Below are positions 48,113 through 60,400 of a DNA stretch of 64,000 nucleotides, piece after piece. Positions within the stretch are counted from its first letter, which is position 1. Every line of letters begins with the position of its first letter. Position numbers and translations under genes: made by a program. This stretch comes from Oculina patagonica. Its lineage: Eukaryota. The notes under the pieces were generated by a model that was given only the letters and a program-made list of their open reading frames with translations, was not told the DNA's origin and did not search any database. The stretch lies in assembly GCF_052425735.1 (NCBI RefSeq), contig NC_135767.1, positions 8,060,001-8,124,000 on the forward strand, written 5' to 3'.

Positions 48113-49271
48113 ATGGCTGCTTTTGAAAAGCAGTTAGTAGGAGAAGCAGCGAACAAATTCGCTCTTGATCTTCATAAATGCCTCGCAGCTGGCGACAACT
48201 TGTTCTACTCTCCTACAAGTCTCCTCATTGCTCTTGCGATGACATCTTATGGAGCCAGGGGAAATACTGCGGCAGAAATATTGAAAGTTCTTCATGTTGA
48301 TTCGGTTTCGTCACCTGACCTCAACAAGAGCATGAAGAAGTTTATTGACACCTTAAATGGAGCAAGCGATCAAAAGAACAAGCTGCTTACAGCAAACAAG
48401 CTGTTTGTTGAAAAGAGCTTTGAAATCCTGGAAGCCTTTAAAGAAGGAACTCGCGAGTTTTACGCTGCAGAACTCGCTCAGGTCGACTACATTAGAAATG
48501 TTGAGAAAGCCAGAGAAGAGATCAACCGCTGGGTGGAAAAGAAAACAAATGACAAGATCAAAGATCTTATTCCTTCTGGAATGCTAAGCTCAGACACAAG
48601 GCTGACTCTAGTGAATGCTATTTACTTTAAAGGCTTGTGGCTGGAGCAATTCAACCAGAAAGAAACATTTTTGGGGTCATTCTTTGTATCCCAAAATGAA
48701 GAGATCAAGGTTCAAATGATGTATCAAAAAGCTCATTTCAAGTATTCTGAGTCAGAGGAACTGGCTTGCCAAATACTTGAAATGCCATACATTGGCCGGA
48801 AGATATCCATGGTAATCTTTCTCCCAAATGAAACTAACGGCCTTGCTAAAATGGAAGAAAAGATGACTTATGACAACCTTGAAGATTCTCTCTCGTTGCT
48901 TGATGAGGCAATCTTGACGGATGAGACGGAAGTGTTCTTGCCAAAATTTAAGCTGACTCAGCAATTTGAACTCAACAACATTTTGTCCAATATGGGAGCC
49001 AAAGAGATGTTTATTTCTTGGTAAGGCAGACCTCTCTGGTATCTCAGCAGAGCCATTGTTTGTCTCCAAGGTGGTTCACAAGGCCTTTGTCGAGGTGAAT
49101 GAAGAAGGTACTGAGGCGGCAGCAGCTACTGGTGTGGTTGCGTTCTTGGCGTGCTTACGCCCAAAGCCAACATTCAAAGCTGACCACCCTTTTCTTTTTC
49201 TTATTCGGCACAACAGCTCTGGTGCAATATTGTTCCTGGGCCGTCTCACGAAGCCAAGTCATGAAGAATGA
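48113..49271 (+). pseudogene. Intronless serpin 4 with +1 frameshift (pseudogene or assembly error)
   Basis: atttcttggtaag vs attcctggtaag at ~49013-49019. ORFs 48113-49024 and 48966-49271 together make a full serpin. [28 protein letters not shown]. Confidence 0.85.
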
Positions 49272-49970
49272 AAGATTTGAATTTTTTATAGATGAAATTA
49301 TAGAAGTACATTTGAACCTTTCCATATGCATAGGCCGCGGAGCAGGGAGGCAGGGGGGCTGTAGCCCCCCCCCCCCAAAAAAAAAAAAAACAACAAAAAT
49401 TTGGGGGAGCTCAGCCCCCCTCCCCCATGTTTTGGTGCCGAAAATATCGCGAGCGCAGCGTAAAATTGGTTTGTCAAGATATTCCATCTCGTGAGTGAGT
49501 TAAAACATTTTCAAAACTTTCTTAGAAGTCTTCAGGAAACTTCCTTTCCCCTCAGAAAAGTTCCATTATATGATCGGAAAGGTTCATATGGCCTTCAAAC
49601 AATGAAAACCTGCCGAGTATTTTTGGTCAGTCTCTGCCCTTCACGTTCCAAAGTGCTCTGCCGCCTCTGATACAGTTTATTTATTACATGATAGAGAGTT
49701 CACTTGCCCCTTGACACTGACAACCTTCAGTTGTGACAATTATATGTAGTGAACCTCTATAATATGGCGTTTTGAAAAATTGAAGGAAATCATATCGACA
49801 TGTATAACATGAACTGTTCCTCTGGAATTTGTATGAAATTATTAAATGAATGGTAGCTGTTAATAATGCTATTGACCCCCACAACTTTAAGACGTATAAA
49901 CTCAGAGCTTTTTCAGTCATTGACCCTGACTGCGGAACAATCTGCCCTTGGCAATTAGATCTATTGACAA

Positions 49971-50150
49971 TGTGTGGTTCAAGACAATATCCATACCCAC
50001 CCCATGGAAGGTCAAAGAAATCCTGAGGGTGGGAGGTATCAAAAGCCAAATTTGTAAAGGAAAGTAGGGGCAACTGGACCAGAGGGGTGGGGGGATCAAG
50101 CCAAAAAACCTTCCATGGGAGGGGTATGGATATTTTTTGAAGCTACACAA
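49971..50150. mobile_element. MITE
   Basis: TGTGTGGTTCAAGACAATATCCATACCC / GGGTATGGATATTTTTTGAAGCTACACA. Confidence 0.7.
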
Positions 50151-50897
50151 TACAAATATTTTTAAATCTAAGTTAAAGACCTTCCATTTTAAGCAAGCTA
50201 TAAACGATTTATCTTAGCATTGTGTAAAGCAATGATATATGTAGCAATGTACATGTACAATGTATTATTATTATTATTGTTATTTTTTTGGATAAGCGCT
50301 ATATAAATATTGTATTTGTATTGTATATTTAGCTGTGTAGAGTGATGTGTGGTGTTTTTTTGGGTATGATAGGAACATTTTAGAGGTGTATGTTATTATT
50401 AAGAAGCCTTGGACATAAAGTTTGTCAGAGATGTGAAATAGTTTTCTAAAATAAGATATGTAAGAAATGTGACCTTACAAAATCATATGATTTGTCTTAA
50501 TAGGAAATTAATTTGTTAAGAATAAAATTATTCTTATAATATAGATATACATTTAATAGATAGATGGATATACAATTTAATATAATTGTAATGAATAAGC
50601 AATATTACTGCTAAGAATTTTAAAATAATTTTAGAATTAAAAAAAGAGCTTATCAATCTCACTGAAATTTGCTTTTATCATCAGTAAATTTTTTAATGGC
50701 CCTGTTAGGTAATTCCCAGAGGAGAACTTAACGAAAAAGCAGAAAGAAACATGACTATTTTTTTACTTATTTATTCCTGGGTATGAGGGCTGGGTGAAGG
50801 GGGCTACTAAAAAACGAAAAGAGAAAGAGAAAAAAGATAGGGGACAAGCCCGGGGGTGGGCAGTATTCCAAAAAAAGCTGGGGGGTGTACAGCACCC

Positions 50898-51337
50898 AGG
50901 GGGGGTACTCCCATAAATTGGCTATTCAGGTATGTGCCGCCCAACAGGGTATGCTTTTTTGCCTCCCTGACTCTGGAACAGAGTCGCTTTATCTTCATGC
51001 CACAGACGGAAGTTAGGTACACTGTAAGGCTTTTAGCGACTTTTTAATTTTTACTTTTGACAAGGGCCTCTATTGATAACAGTTTTTTATTGTAAAAGCT
51101 GATAGAGTCACCCTATTTAAATAAAGGCTTTCTCACTTTATGATATTCTCCAGTGTTTTTTATTATTTATATCTATATATTTTTCCGTCGTGCATATTTT
51201 CTGAAACAGGGTGCCTAATATTTCCAATGTTTGTCTGGGACAGGGTCGCAAATTCACCTTATTTTCTCTGGAACAGGTCCAGGGTCAGGCAGAGACTCAG
51301 CGGTACATTGCCGTACAAAATGTTTGGGAGTACCCCC
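50898..51337. mobile_element. MITE
   Basis: TIRs GGGGGGTACTCCCA / TGGGAGTACCCCCC; same terminal motif as the 31248 element. Confidence 0.7.
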
Positions 51338-52244
51338 CGGGGGTGGGGGCACAGCACACCTACTAAAATCCTCACCCTGTTTCAGACCTGACCCCAAAAA
51401 TTGATATCCTTTTACATACCAGCCGAAAAACTGCTTTGGCTTCAAAATACGTACTCTATGACTAAAGGCCTAGACTTGAAACAAGTCGACTCTTATGAGT
51501 GATGTAGTCGCGATAACGAGGAACAAGGTCGCCGGCTAACGAGGATAGCACACAAAATGGACTTTGAAAAAGTCTACTAAGGGCTCAGCAATCCCACATT
51601 GTATTTGAACGAAGTCTAAACTTACTTAATGCAACTTTCGGGGCTGAGAAAATTTTCTTGTTGTCCTCTCCGATCAAGCTAAGAACGAATATATTTCCGA
51701 CGAACAGGTGCTCTGACTATGACAATGTAAAATGCAATGTACGTGTTTTTTTTTCTTCTTCTTGCCTGAATGTAATGTGAGGGTTGATTATGTATAAGTT
51801 GCGTGACTAAGGAGGCTCCCAAAGTGGTTTTAGGGAACAACGGAACATGGCCATGGCTGGAAACACAGGAACAAAAGCTGTGCTTCTGTGTTTTAGGGAA
51901 CAGTGTTCATAAAAATGGACAAAATGCTTTTAGGGAACAAGGTAACACAATGAATTTTTTGAGGGAACAAGGAAACATGGCCGGTCCTACCCTGTGAGGC
52001 TCTTACTTAGTGTAGTGAGTGACCTCCTTTGTTTTCGCGTAAAATTCTAATCATTGGAACTCCCTGAACGTAACATGTCTCAAGATTGTCTTTTGTTGGA
52101 TTATTTTGACCAAAAAAATAGAAAGAGTAAGGAACACACCTTGAAGCACTTACAATAAATTATATATGAACAAAGAACTGGCTTGAAATCCAGGATAGAA
52201 CTGAAAAAAAAAAAACAAAAACAAAAATGAAACGACCAGCCCTT

Positions 52245-53345
52245 AAACCTTTGCTTGAGTTTGCAACAAAGAAAAGCCACTTCATATTCGACGGCCAGTA
52301 CTATGATCAAGTTGATGGCCTAGCCATGGGTTCACCATTGGGTCCTGTTTTTAGCTAACATTTTCATGCGTCATTTTGAGGAACAATGGGTATATAACGC
52401 AGTGAACTGTCCATCCATTTGGTTTAGATACGTTGATGACACTTTCTCCCTGTTTGACAGTAAAGACAAAGCTTCAAGATTTCTACATTACCTAAGCAAC
52501 AGGCATCCCTGTGGAACTCGAAGAAAACCAAGAGATCCCATTCTTAGATGTCCTCATCAAACGCCATGAAAATTTAATACCTTCTCTACAACAGTACACC
52601 GCAAAAAGAAATTTACAGGTCTTTACACCAAGTGGGATTCTTTCACGCCAAGGAAGTATAAAATCAATTTAATCCGCACCCTCACCTATCGCTGTTTTCG
52701 CATTTGTTAGACATCCTCTTCTTTACAGGCTGCTATCTCTGATCTCAGGAAGACATTGCTTCAAAATGGTTACCCGAATGGTATAATTTCCTACAACGTT
52801 AATGATGTCTTAAATAAACATATAGGAACAGTCCTTCTGAAACTGTTACCACGGTTCCCAAGAAATACGTAATCGTTGTGTTACCTTATCTACAACCATG
52901 GACATTTTTGGTTGAAACGCTCTTAAAAACATGAATTTATCACCGTAATAACTGTTAAATATGTGTCAGTACCCCCGTTCCCCCTTTCAATGTTGGCAAG
53001 TGGTAAGATGCTCTCACGTGTCAGATGAATGTTTTTATCAAAATTGCATAGGGGTGAGGAGGGGCAAAATATGTGTGAATAATTATTTTCCAATACTTGT
53101 GACCATGGTTGTAGGTTTCCAAACCGAAGATTTTAAACGCCGTCTTAAATCTTGTGTTAATAAATTTTATGGCTTCGTGAATCTTAGGTTGAGTTTTCAG
53201 AACACTTGCCGGATTAAGTCCTTTTTTCCTTACAAAGATCGTTTCAATCGCTCGCAAAAATCGAAGGTTGTCTACAAAGCCAGTTGCTGGGACTGTGACG
53301 CTTTCTATATTGGCAAAACAAAACGACGACTGCATGACAGAAAGG
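52245..53345 (+). mobile_element. Degenerate Penelope-like retroelement (RT plus GIY-YIG)
   Basis: FDGQYYDQVDGLAMGSPLGP, WFRYVDDTF, IPFLDVLI, TGLYTKWDSFTP and VVYKASCWDCDAFYIGKTKRRLHDR, across frameshifts and stops. Confidence 0.9.
52891..53113. mobile_element. TA-flanked (Tc1/mariner-type) MITE inside the Penelope element
   Basis: TA-CAACCATGGACA...TGACCATGGTTG-TA; removing it restores LPYLGFQ. Confidence 0.8.
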
Positions 53346-53757
53346 ACTCCAGAAACGCTTTGAGGTATGAAACCTTTCTTCAGCCACAATTTGAAGACAG
53401 AACATTCCACTTTTGTTCTTTTTAAATCGAAATTAGAGGCGAATTTGAAAAACTTGCTGCGAAACGACCGCATGAAAATTTTTCATTTGAATGAAATTGA
53501 GGTAGGCTTAACCATACTTGAATGCGTAAATATTTCAACTAGATTTGCTGACTTTGTGAGAATCTTTTGGTAGTCGGAAAAAGGATTATAAATACGATAT
53601 ATGAATGAAATGGTATCTTGGTTTATTTTCAAAAAGCCGCCAAAGAAGAGATTAAAATAAACTTTCACTTTACCAATGTTGCGTGCGTTTGTAAATGCCG
53701 TAAGCGGCCGTGAGTCTTGTAAGTTCTGTGCTCTTTTTAATGCTATATTCTAAACCC

Positions 53758-53921
53758 ACTAGAATATGGTTTTCCTATGTCCTATAAGAAAATAATGCAC
53801 TTATGAGGTCTAGAAAAGCAGCTGAATGCCCTCGCCTAACGGCTCGGGCATCCACTAGCAGCTTTTCTAGACCTCAAGCGTGCATTATTTTCTTATAGAA
53901 CATGGAAAACCATCTTCTAGT
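53758..53921. mobile_element. Palindromic MITE ~150 bp upstream of serpin 5
   Basis: ACTAGAATATGGTTTTCC...CTATAAGAAAATAATGCAC is mirrored by GTGCATTATTTTCTTATAG...GGAAAACCATCTTCTAGT. Confidence 0.75.
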
Positions 53922-54072
53922 AGGTATATATAAAATATAGTATAAGAGTCCACCCCCACCCCCCCCCCCCCCCCTCAAACACCCCCGCCGCAGCCCCACA
54001 ATTGGCCACGCCCCCTTTCAGACACGCCCCCAAGAAAAGAACCTGGTAACGACTGGCAACGAATGCACAAAG

Positions 54073-55224
54073 ATGGCTGCTACAGAAAGACAGCTTGTGG
54101 GAGAAGCTGCGAACAAATTCGCTCTTGATCTTCATAAATGCCTCGCAGCTGGCGACAACCTTTTCTATTCTCCTACAAGTCTCCTCATTGCTCTTGCGAT
54201 GACATCTTATGGAGCCAGGGGAAATACTGCGGCAGAAATATTGAAAGTTCTTCATGTTGATTCGGTTTCGTCACCTGACCTCAACAAGAGCATGAAGAAA
54301 TTCATTGACACCTTAAATGGAGCAAGCGATGAGAACAACAAGCTGCTAACAGCAAACAGGCTGTTTGTTGAAAAGAGCTTTGAAATCCTGGAAACCTTTA
54401 AAGAAGAAACTCGCGAGTTTTACGATGCAGAACTCGCTCTGGTTGACTACATCACAAATGCTGAGAAAGCCAGAGAAGAGATCAACCGCTGGGTGGAAGA
54501 GAAAACAAATGACAAGATCAAAGATCTTATTCCTTCTGGAATGCTGAGCTCAGACACAAGACTGACTCTAGTGAATGCTATTTACTTCAAAGGCTTGTGG
54601 CTGGAGCAATTCAACCAGAAAGAAACATTTTTGGGGTCATTCTTTGTGTCCCAAAATGAAGAGATCAAGGTTCAAATGATGTTCCAGAAAGCTGATTTCA
54701 AGTATTCTGAGTCGGAGAAGCTGGGTTGCCAAATACTTGAAATGCCTTACATTGACCGGAAGATGTCCATGGTAATCTATCTTCCTAATGAAACCCACGG
54801 CCTTGCCAAATTGGAAGAAAAGTTGACCTACGACAACCTTAAAGAGTCTCTTTCTTTGCTTATGTATTCCTCAGCGGATGAGGTGGAAGTGTTCTTGCCA
54901 AAATTTAAGCTGACTCAGCAGTTTGACCTGAACGACATCTTGGCTAAGATGGGAGCCAAAGAGATGTTTATTCCTGGTAAGGCTGACCTCTCTGGTATAG
55001 CAGATGCGCCATTGTTTGTATCTAAAGTGGTTCACAAGGCCTTTGTTGAGGTGAATGAAGAAGGTACCGAGGCTGCTGCAGCGACTGCTATTGGAATAGC
55101 TTTGATGTGCATGCCATTGCCGAAGCCAGTGTTCAAGGCTGACCATCCTTTTCTGTTTCTTATTCGGCACAATGAGTCTGGTGCCATATTGTTCCTGGGC
55201 CGTCTCATGAAGCCAACAAAGTGA
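54073..55224 (+). CDS. Intronless serpin 5 (383 aa)
   Basis: Intact ORF; [29 protein letters not shown]; upstream ATTGG and two CACGCCCCC boxes. Confidence 0.95.
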   Translation: MAATERQLVGEAANKFALDLHKCLAAGDNLFYSPTSLLIALAMTSYGARGNTAAEILKVLHVDSVSSPDLNKSMKKFIDTLNGASDENNKLLTANRLFVEKSFEILETFKEETREFYDAELALVDYITNAEKAREEINRWVEEKTNDKIKDLIPSGMLSSDTRLTLVNAIYFKGLWLEQFNQKETFLGSFFVSQNEEIKVQMMFQKADFKYSESEKLGCQILEMPYIDRKMSMVIYLPNETHGLAKLEEKLTYDNLKESLSLLMYSSADEVEVFLPKFKLTQQFDLNDILAKMGAKEMFIPGKADLSGIADAPLFVSKVVHKAFVEVNEEGTEAAAATAIGIALMCMPLPKPVFKADHPFLFLIRHNESGAILFLGRLMKPTK

Positions 55225-55309
55225 TTGAGATCAAGAGATTTGGAATGTCTCTTAGTATAGTAGTACATTTGAACCTTTCAGCCTATCAACTTTATCTCAT
55301 AAATTAATA

Positions 55310-55834
55310 CAGTCGAAGCTCTCGTAAGCGGACACCCTCGGGACGCGAAAAAAGTGTCCGCAACTGGAGCTGACCGCTTACGAGAATGGTTCTCGTAAGC
55401 GGCCACTAGAGGTTTAGGGGATAGATGGCCGCTTACGGGAGCTTGCCCAGCTAACATAATGCTAATATGCATGTAAGTGGTGTTTCGAAATGTAACCGGA
55501 CGTGGATGACGACAAAACAAACACTAAAATATGGTACTGTAATCACTGTAAAACCATTTTGACGAACAGCGTTGTGAAGTTGACTGATAAAAACAAGATA
55601 CAGAGGTTTTTAATAGGATTTTTTTGGGATGTCCGCTTACGGGAGCTTAAAAACAAAGAACATTAAGTCTAAGTCGTATTCTCTGAAAGTGTCTGCAGCC
55701 CGCTTACGGGAATGTCCGTTTACGAGAATGTAAAAATACAGAGTTTTAATGGGAGTTAAAACGGGGTTTCAAACAAGGCGGCCGCAAGTAGATCTGTCCG
55801 CTTACGAGAGTGTCCGTTAAGAGAGCTTCGACTG
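55310..55834. mobile_element. TA-flanked (pogo/Tc1-type) MITE downstream of serpin 5
   Basis: TA-CAGTCGAAGCTCTC...GAGAGCTTCGACTG-TA; internal CCGCTTACG repeats. Confidence 0.85.
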
Positions 55835-57420
55835 TAGTAATTTAATAGCATAAATAAAAAGACCAAATAGTGTTGTGCGAACAGGAAAAGTATCACATGC
55901 GAGGCACAACCTTAAAATCTAATAAAAAATTAGATAGATAATTTTCCAGGTTCGGTCACATTATCACACCACAGAAAGAGTTTCATTACTTGTTCTTATT
56001 TAGAAAGACCAAACATCGCACAGATGTATGATTTTGGAAAATTCACTTCATAAACTGTCAGTGTATTTTTTGTACTATTTTTTCATAGTCAAATGAGATC
56101 TGCAGCTTAAACATAGATTCATACCTACCAGTAATTTAGCTATAAGGATACTGGTAGGGACAGGGCTTGAAAAAAAAAGAAACTTGAATTCCACAGATAG
56201 CCCTTCAGACAAGCAGCTCTTAAATATTGCTTGTCCAGAGCTGTTGCATGCTTGTCTTAATTTTCTTTTCAGTAATTTTTAGTTAATTTGAAAGATGACC
56301 TGCCTTGGCCCTTGCCCAACAGGGGAACCAAGCACTTAAAAGTTACAGTATTTGTACTTGTCAAGCAGAAACTATACTTGTACTGGACAACCAGGTGGTA
56401 CTTAATGTTTCAGCATTGTACGGATAGGGACAGCTGATGCAAATCCACCACTTTTTCACTGTGAGAAAAGAATAAAACTAGGTAGTGTGATGTCAACACA
56501 GACAAAGAGGTTGCCAGTCTGTGGTCTTTGCCGTAGAGTTGAAGTCTGTAACACAGAAAATCTCAACTGTGTCCCAGTATCAAAGTGCCCAATATTGTTG
56601 GTATTAACAAGCCTGAGGTGTTTAAAGTATATCAAAATTTAACTATTAGGATGAACACTAATAGAGATCAGTGTACCTTCTTTAGGTAAGGATTAAATAT
56701 TTTAAACATATTTGACACATGAGTATAGTAACTTTCAAAACTTTTACGCAAACTATTTAAATTACTTTAATGCAAAATAATGATTTTTCAATGGCCCCTT
56801 GTGAAAATTATTTTAATAACATAGCTTTATATATGAATAAATGAATTTACATGAAGTAAACATTTTAAAATCAATAAATTCTTTGTGTGAAAGTTAATAC
56901 TGCAGTGAGTTCATGTGAGAGGTAAAGACATGGCCAGACTAAGTTAAGAGTACTTGCCCTATTCCCCAAGTCAGATCCTATGCATGTCTAGCCTGTTCAA
57001 GGCATGCAGTTAGTTGGGAAGCGGTGCGAAGAAAGGCGAGCGAAAAACTGGTGAGGGGACTCTGCGCTGCTTCCCAACTAACCGAACGCCTGGAACAGGC
57101 TAATGCATGTCATGCCAGAGAGCCCACTAGAGACTGCAGGAAAAGTGAGAGGCTACTCATAGTCTTACCCTGCCCCTCTCCCCCCCCCCCCCCACCCGTA
57201 CAAATTCTCTAAAAACCAGATCAGAGTTTCTAAGGGTCAATTGATTTTTTTATTTACATTTTCGTGAATTTCTCCCAAAACGATCAGAACAGTCACGCGT
57301 TCAGTCACGCAACCCTTCCTGCGTCACACGCACTTGGTCAGCGGTTTTCCGCAGGAAACCCGCCAAAATGGCCGCCTTGTAGCTTGCTTGTGAGTCAGAA
57401 GGATAATTTGTTCCAGTAAT

Positions 57421-60400
57421 ATGGCGAAAAAGAGATCAGAATCCGCAAAAGCAAAGGAAGACAACACCAAGAAAACTTTCTCAGCATCCAGAGGTAGTGT
57501 AAACAGCAAATCCAATGCGATTTCTGCGAGGAATTCTCGATCCACAACAACACGCGCACGGTCAGCGAAGCGGGACTTGAAATCAACAGATGTTTGTTCG
57601 AAGAGTACGTCCGTGAATCAAGGTGATTCAAAGGATATTGTAACTGAAAAAGGTAGGAATTCTTTAGCTACAGACTACTGCTAAATGGCGCAAAGACGCG
57701 TTGCTATATTTTGTCGAACTTTATCTACTCGTTAGCTTATGTTATGTAATTGGGTCATTCCATTTAAGATCCGCACCCCCCCCCCCCCCATTGAGGGTAT
57801 TTGGTCGTAACCCCCTCGGAAATTACATTTGAAGACCCCTTCAGCTTTTTTGATCAAAGTGCCGACACATACCCCCCTTCATTAAATTAAAAAGATCAAA
57901 AGTACCGACATGGCTACCCCCTCAGAAATAACTGCTGAAGACCCCCTCCCTCCCCCTAGGATTTCCTAAACCCTCAATGGGGGGGGGGATATTAAATGGA
58001 ATGGTCCATTCTGAATCAAAAACACAAATTAATGCAGTCAACAGGTTACGCAGGGGTTGTAACAGGGTTAAAACCGCTGATAAAGAAGTAGGAAAGGCAC
58101 CTTCCAAATCTTCTGGATGGTGCAATCTGGTGGATAGCATTATCCATTCTTTGAAAAACTGGCATATTATGTACATGCAGGTTTATATGCCGAAGATCTT
58201 TGGCGTGACTTTTAAAAGCGCACGTCTTTTTGTCTTAGACTGTGTGGCAAAGAATTTTGTGTGGCACATACATAGATTGTACCCTGGCACTAAGCTACAT
58301 GTAAACTTAAAAGTGCTTAGGTTATTGGCAATCACCTTGCAGCTCTGTGTGAGACCTGTTGGCTTTTAATATGGTTAAACTGGACTCTGGATAGAGCAGT
58401 CTGGATTGGAGCCCTGGCCAGGCTCATTGCATTGTAGTCTTGGGTTGTTGGGTTCTTTTCTCTCTCAATGCCTCTCCACCCAGGTGTATAATTGGGTTCT
58501 GGCAAGTCAGGGTCATAACAAGGTATATGGGATCAGGGATCAAAGGCCTGAAAAGGGGTGGGATAAAGGATCATACATGTAGCATTGGGATCTGGGATCA
58601 CAACCTGTGGGATCAGGATCAGCAGTATTTTTCATGGAATTGCATGGGGATCAGGCTGTCCTAATCATATATTGCACAACATTGCGGTGAAATTATAAAG
58701 AGAGAATCTAGTGGGGTCGACAAAATTTGGGGGGAACAGGGATCAAAGCTACCCTTATTTTGAGATCAGGGATCAAAATTCTGGGTAAAAAAATGGGATC
58801 AGTTATGAAAAAATATTCCCTCCTTAAGACCCTGGACAAGTCTAATGCTGGGGGTATAAAACCAGATGCAATGGACTAGCATCCCATCTTATTAACAGGA
58901 TAGGCTTCAATGGTTTGGGCAACTTGACGCAGACTAAGCCTTTTTACCTTACGTTGTACTTTATAGGTCCCTCTAGGCATGGCAAGAAAAGGAATACATC
59001 ACTTCAAGAGTCTAGTGAATCTCCTGTGAAAAAGCCTAAAGTAGAATATTCAAAGGTGCAAACACAGAAAGATGCTCAAATCACAGAGGATGATAAACGC
59101 TGCTCCTTGCAAGAGCAAAGAAAATCAGCTGCACTTTCAAAACAAGCAGGCAAGAATGGTAAAGAAAAAAATGAAATCAAATCACTGGCTGGTTCGTCTT
59201 GCAAGCAAGAGGTACACAATGCAACAACAGGAAAAGGGAAAAGAAAACAAAAGCAGAGTCCTTTGAAACATAAACATGTTGCTACTCCAGAGGATATCCA
59301 AAAATCACCAAGAAAAGATAAGGTTGTGGGAAAAAAGCTGAGACTAGATTCAATAGGAAGTGAAGGAGAAGGGAACACAAAGGATAATTTGAATACTGGA
59401 GAAAAGAGTTCATCTGACGAGTCTAGTGACGATGAAGGCGTGGCATGGGAAGACGTTGATGGTATGTCAAAGAAAGTTAAAAGAAAGATAGAAAAGAAAG
59501 AAAAAAGTTGAATATCTTCACTGTCCCCAATTCTTGGTTTTCACGTGACGTCATCAAAATTCTAAAATCTAGAATTGCAAGACCCCTTAATTTTTTATCC
59601 TTCACTGGCTATAATAGACATCCTTAATATACATGTACATTGAAGGTTTTTAGCTCGATAGCATCCTCTGTCCTTGATAGATTATTTTGAATTTTAGAGT
59701 TTATGCCACACAACATCAAAGATGGCTGCCAGAAGGCTGCCACATACAGCTGCATGCTTAAAAAAATGCATCATCTTGTGATTTTTAACAATCTGAACTG
59801 TGTTCATGAGGGTGTTCTGACCGCTTTTTGTAGTAGAAGTAAATTTCAGATCTGTGTTTGATCATTGATTTCCTGCGGCCATGTTGGTGTCCCTCTGCGT
59901 GGGCACCAACATGGTGTTTCCACAGCTACCAGCCAGCAGTCATTCGTATTCAGAGCTACTCGGCTTTGGAATGAACTACCTGGGACTCTAACAGATGTGA
60001 ATAATTTGACTTATTTTAAGGCTGCTATAAAACGTTTTGGGGGAGCAGAGATAGCGCAGTGGTGAGAGCGCTCGCTTCCCACCAATGTGGCCCGGGTTCG
60101 ATTCCCGGACCCGGCGTCATATGTGGGTTGAGTTTGTTGTTGGTTCTCGTCCTTGCTCCGAGGGTTTTTCTCCGGGTTCCCCGGTTTTCCTCCCTCCACA
60201 AAAACCAACACTTCTAAATTCCAATTCGATCAGGAATTCGAGGGCCACAGGTTTGTCAGTCAAAAGGCTGTTACGTGCAACCCTCGTAAAACAAAGTTGA
60301 TTTATTTTTTATTTAACGTCGCACTTGGGAGAATTTTATGGATACATAGAACCCTTTTAAACGTAGCCCTTTATACTAATTAGAATGATTTTATTTTTTT

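Noticed and set aside
43001-55268. Recurrent antisense and alternate-frame ORFs over the serpins (e.g. MEQA..., MKNFQYFCRS..., MARILPP...)
   Set aside because: Shadows of near-identical serpin CDSs with inconsistent starts and stops
56925-57010. p53 response element upstream of XPC
   Set aside because: Only mismatched half-sites (AGACATGGCC, ATGCATGTCT), and part of the region is the TIR of a small MITE (56990-57101)
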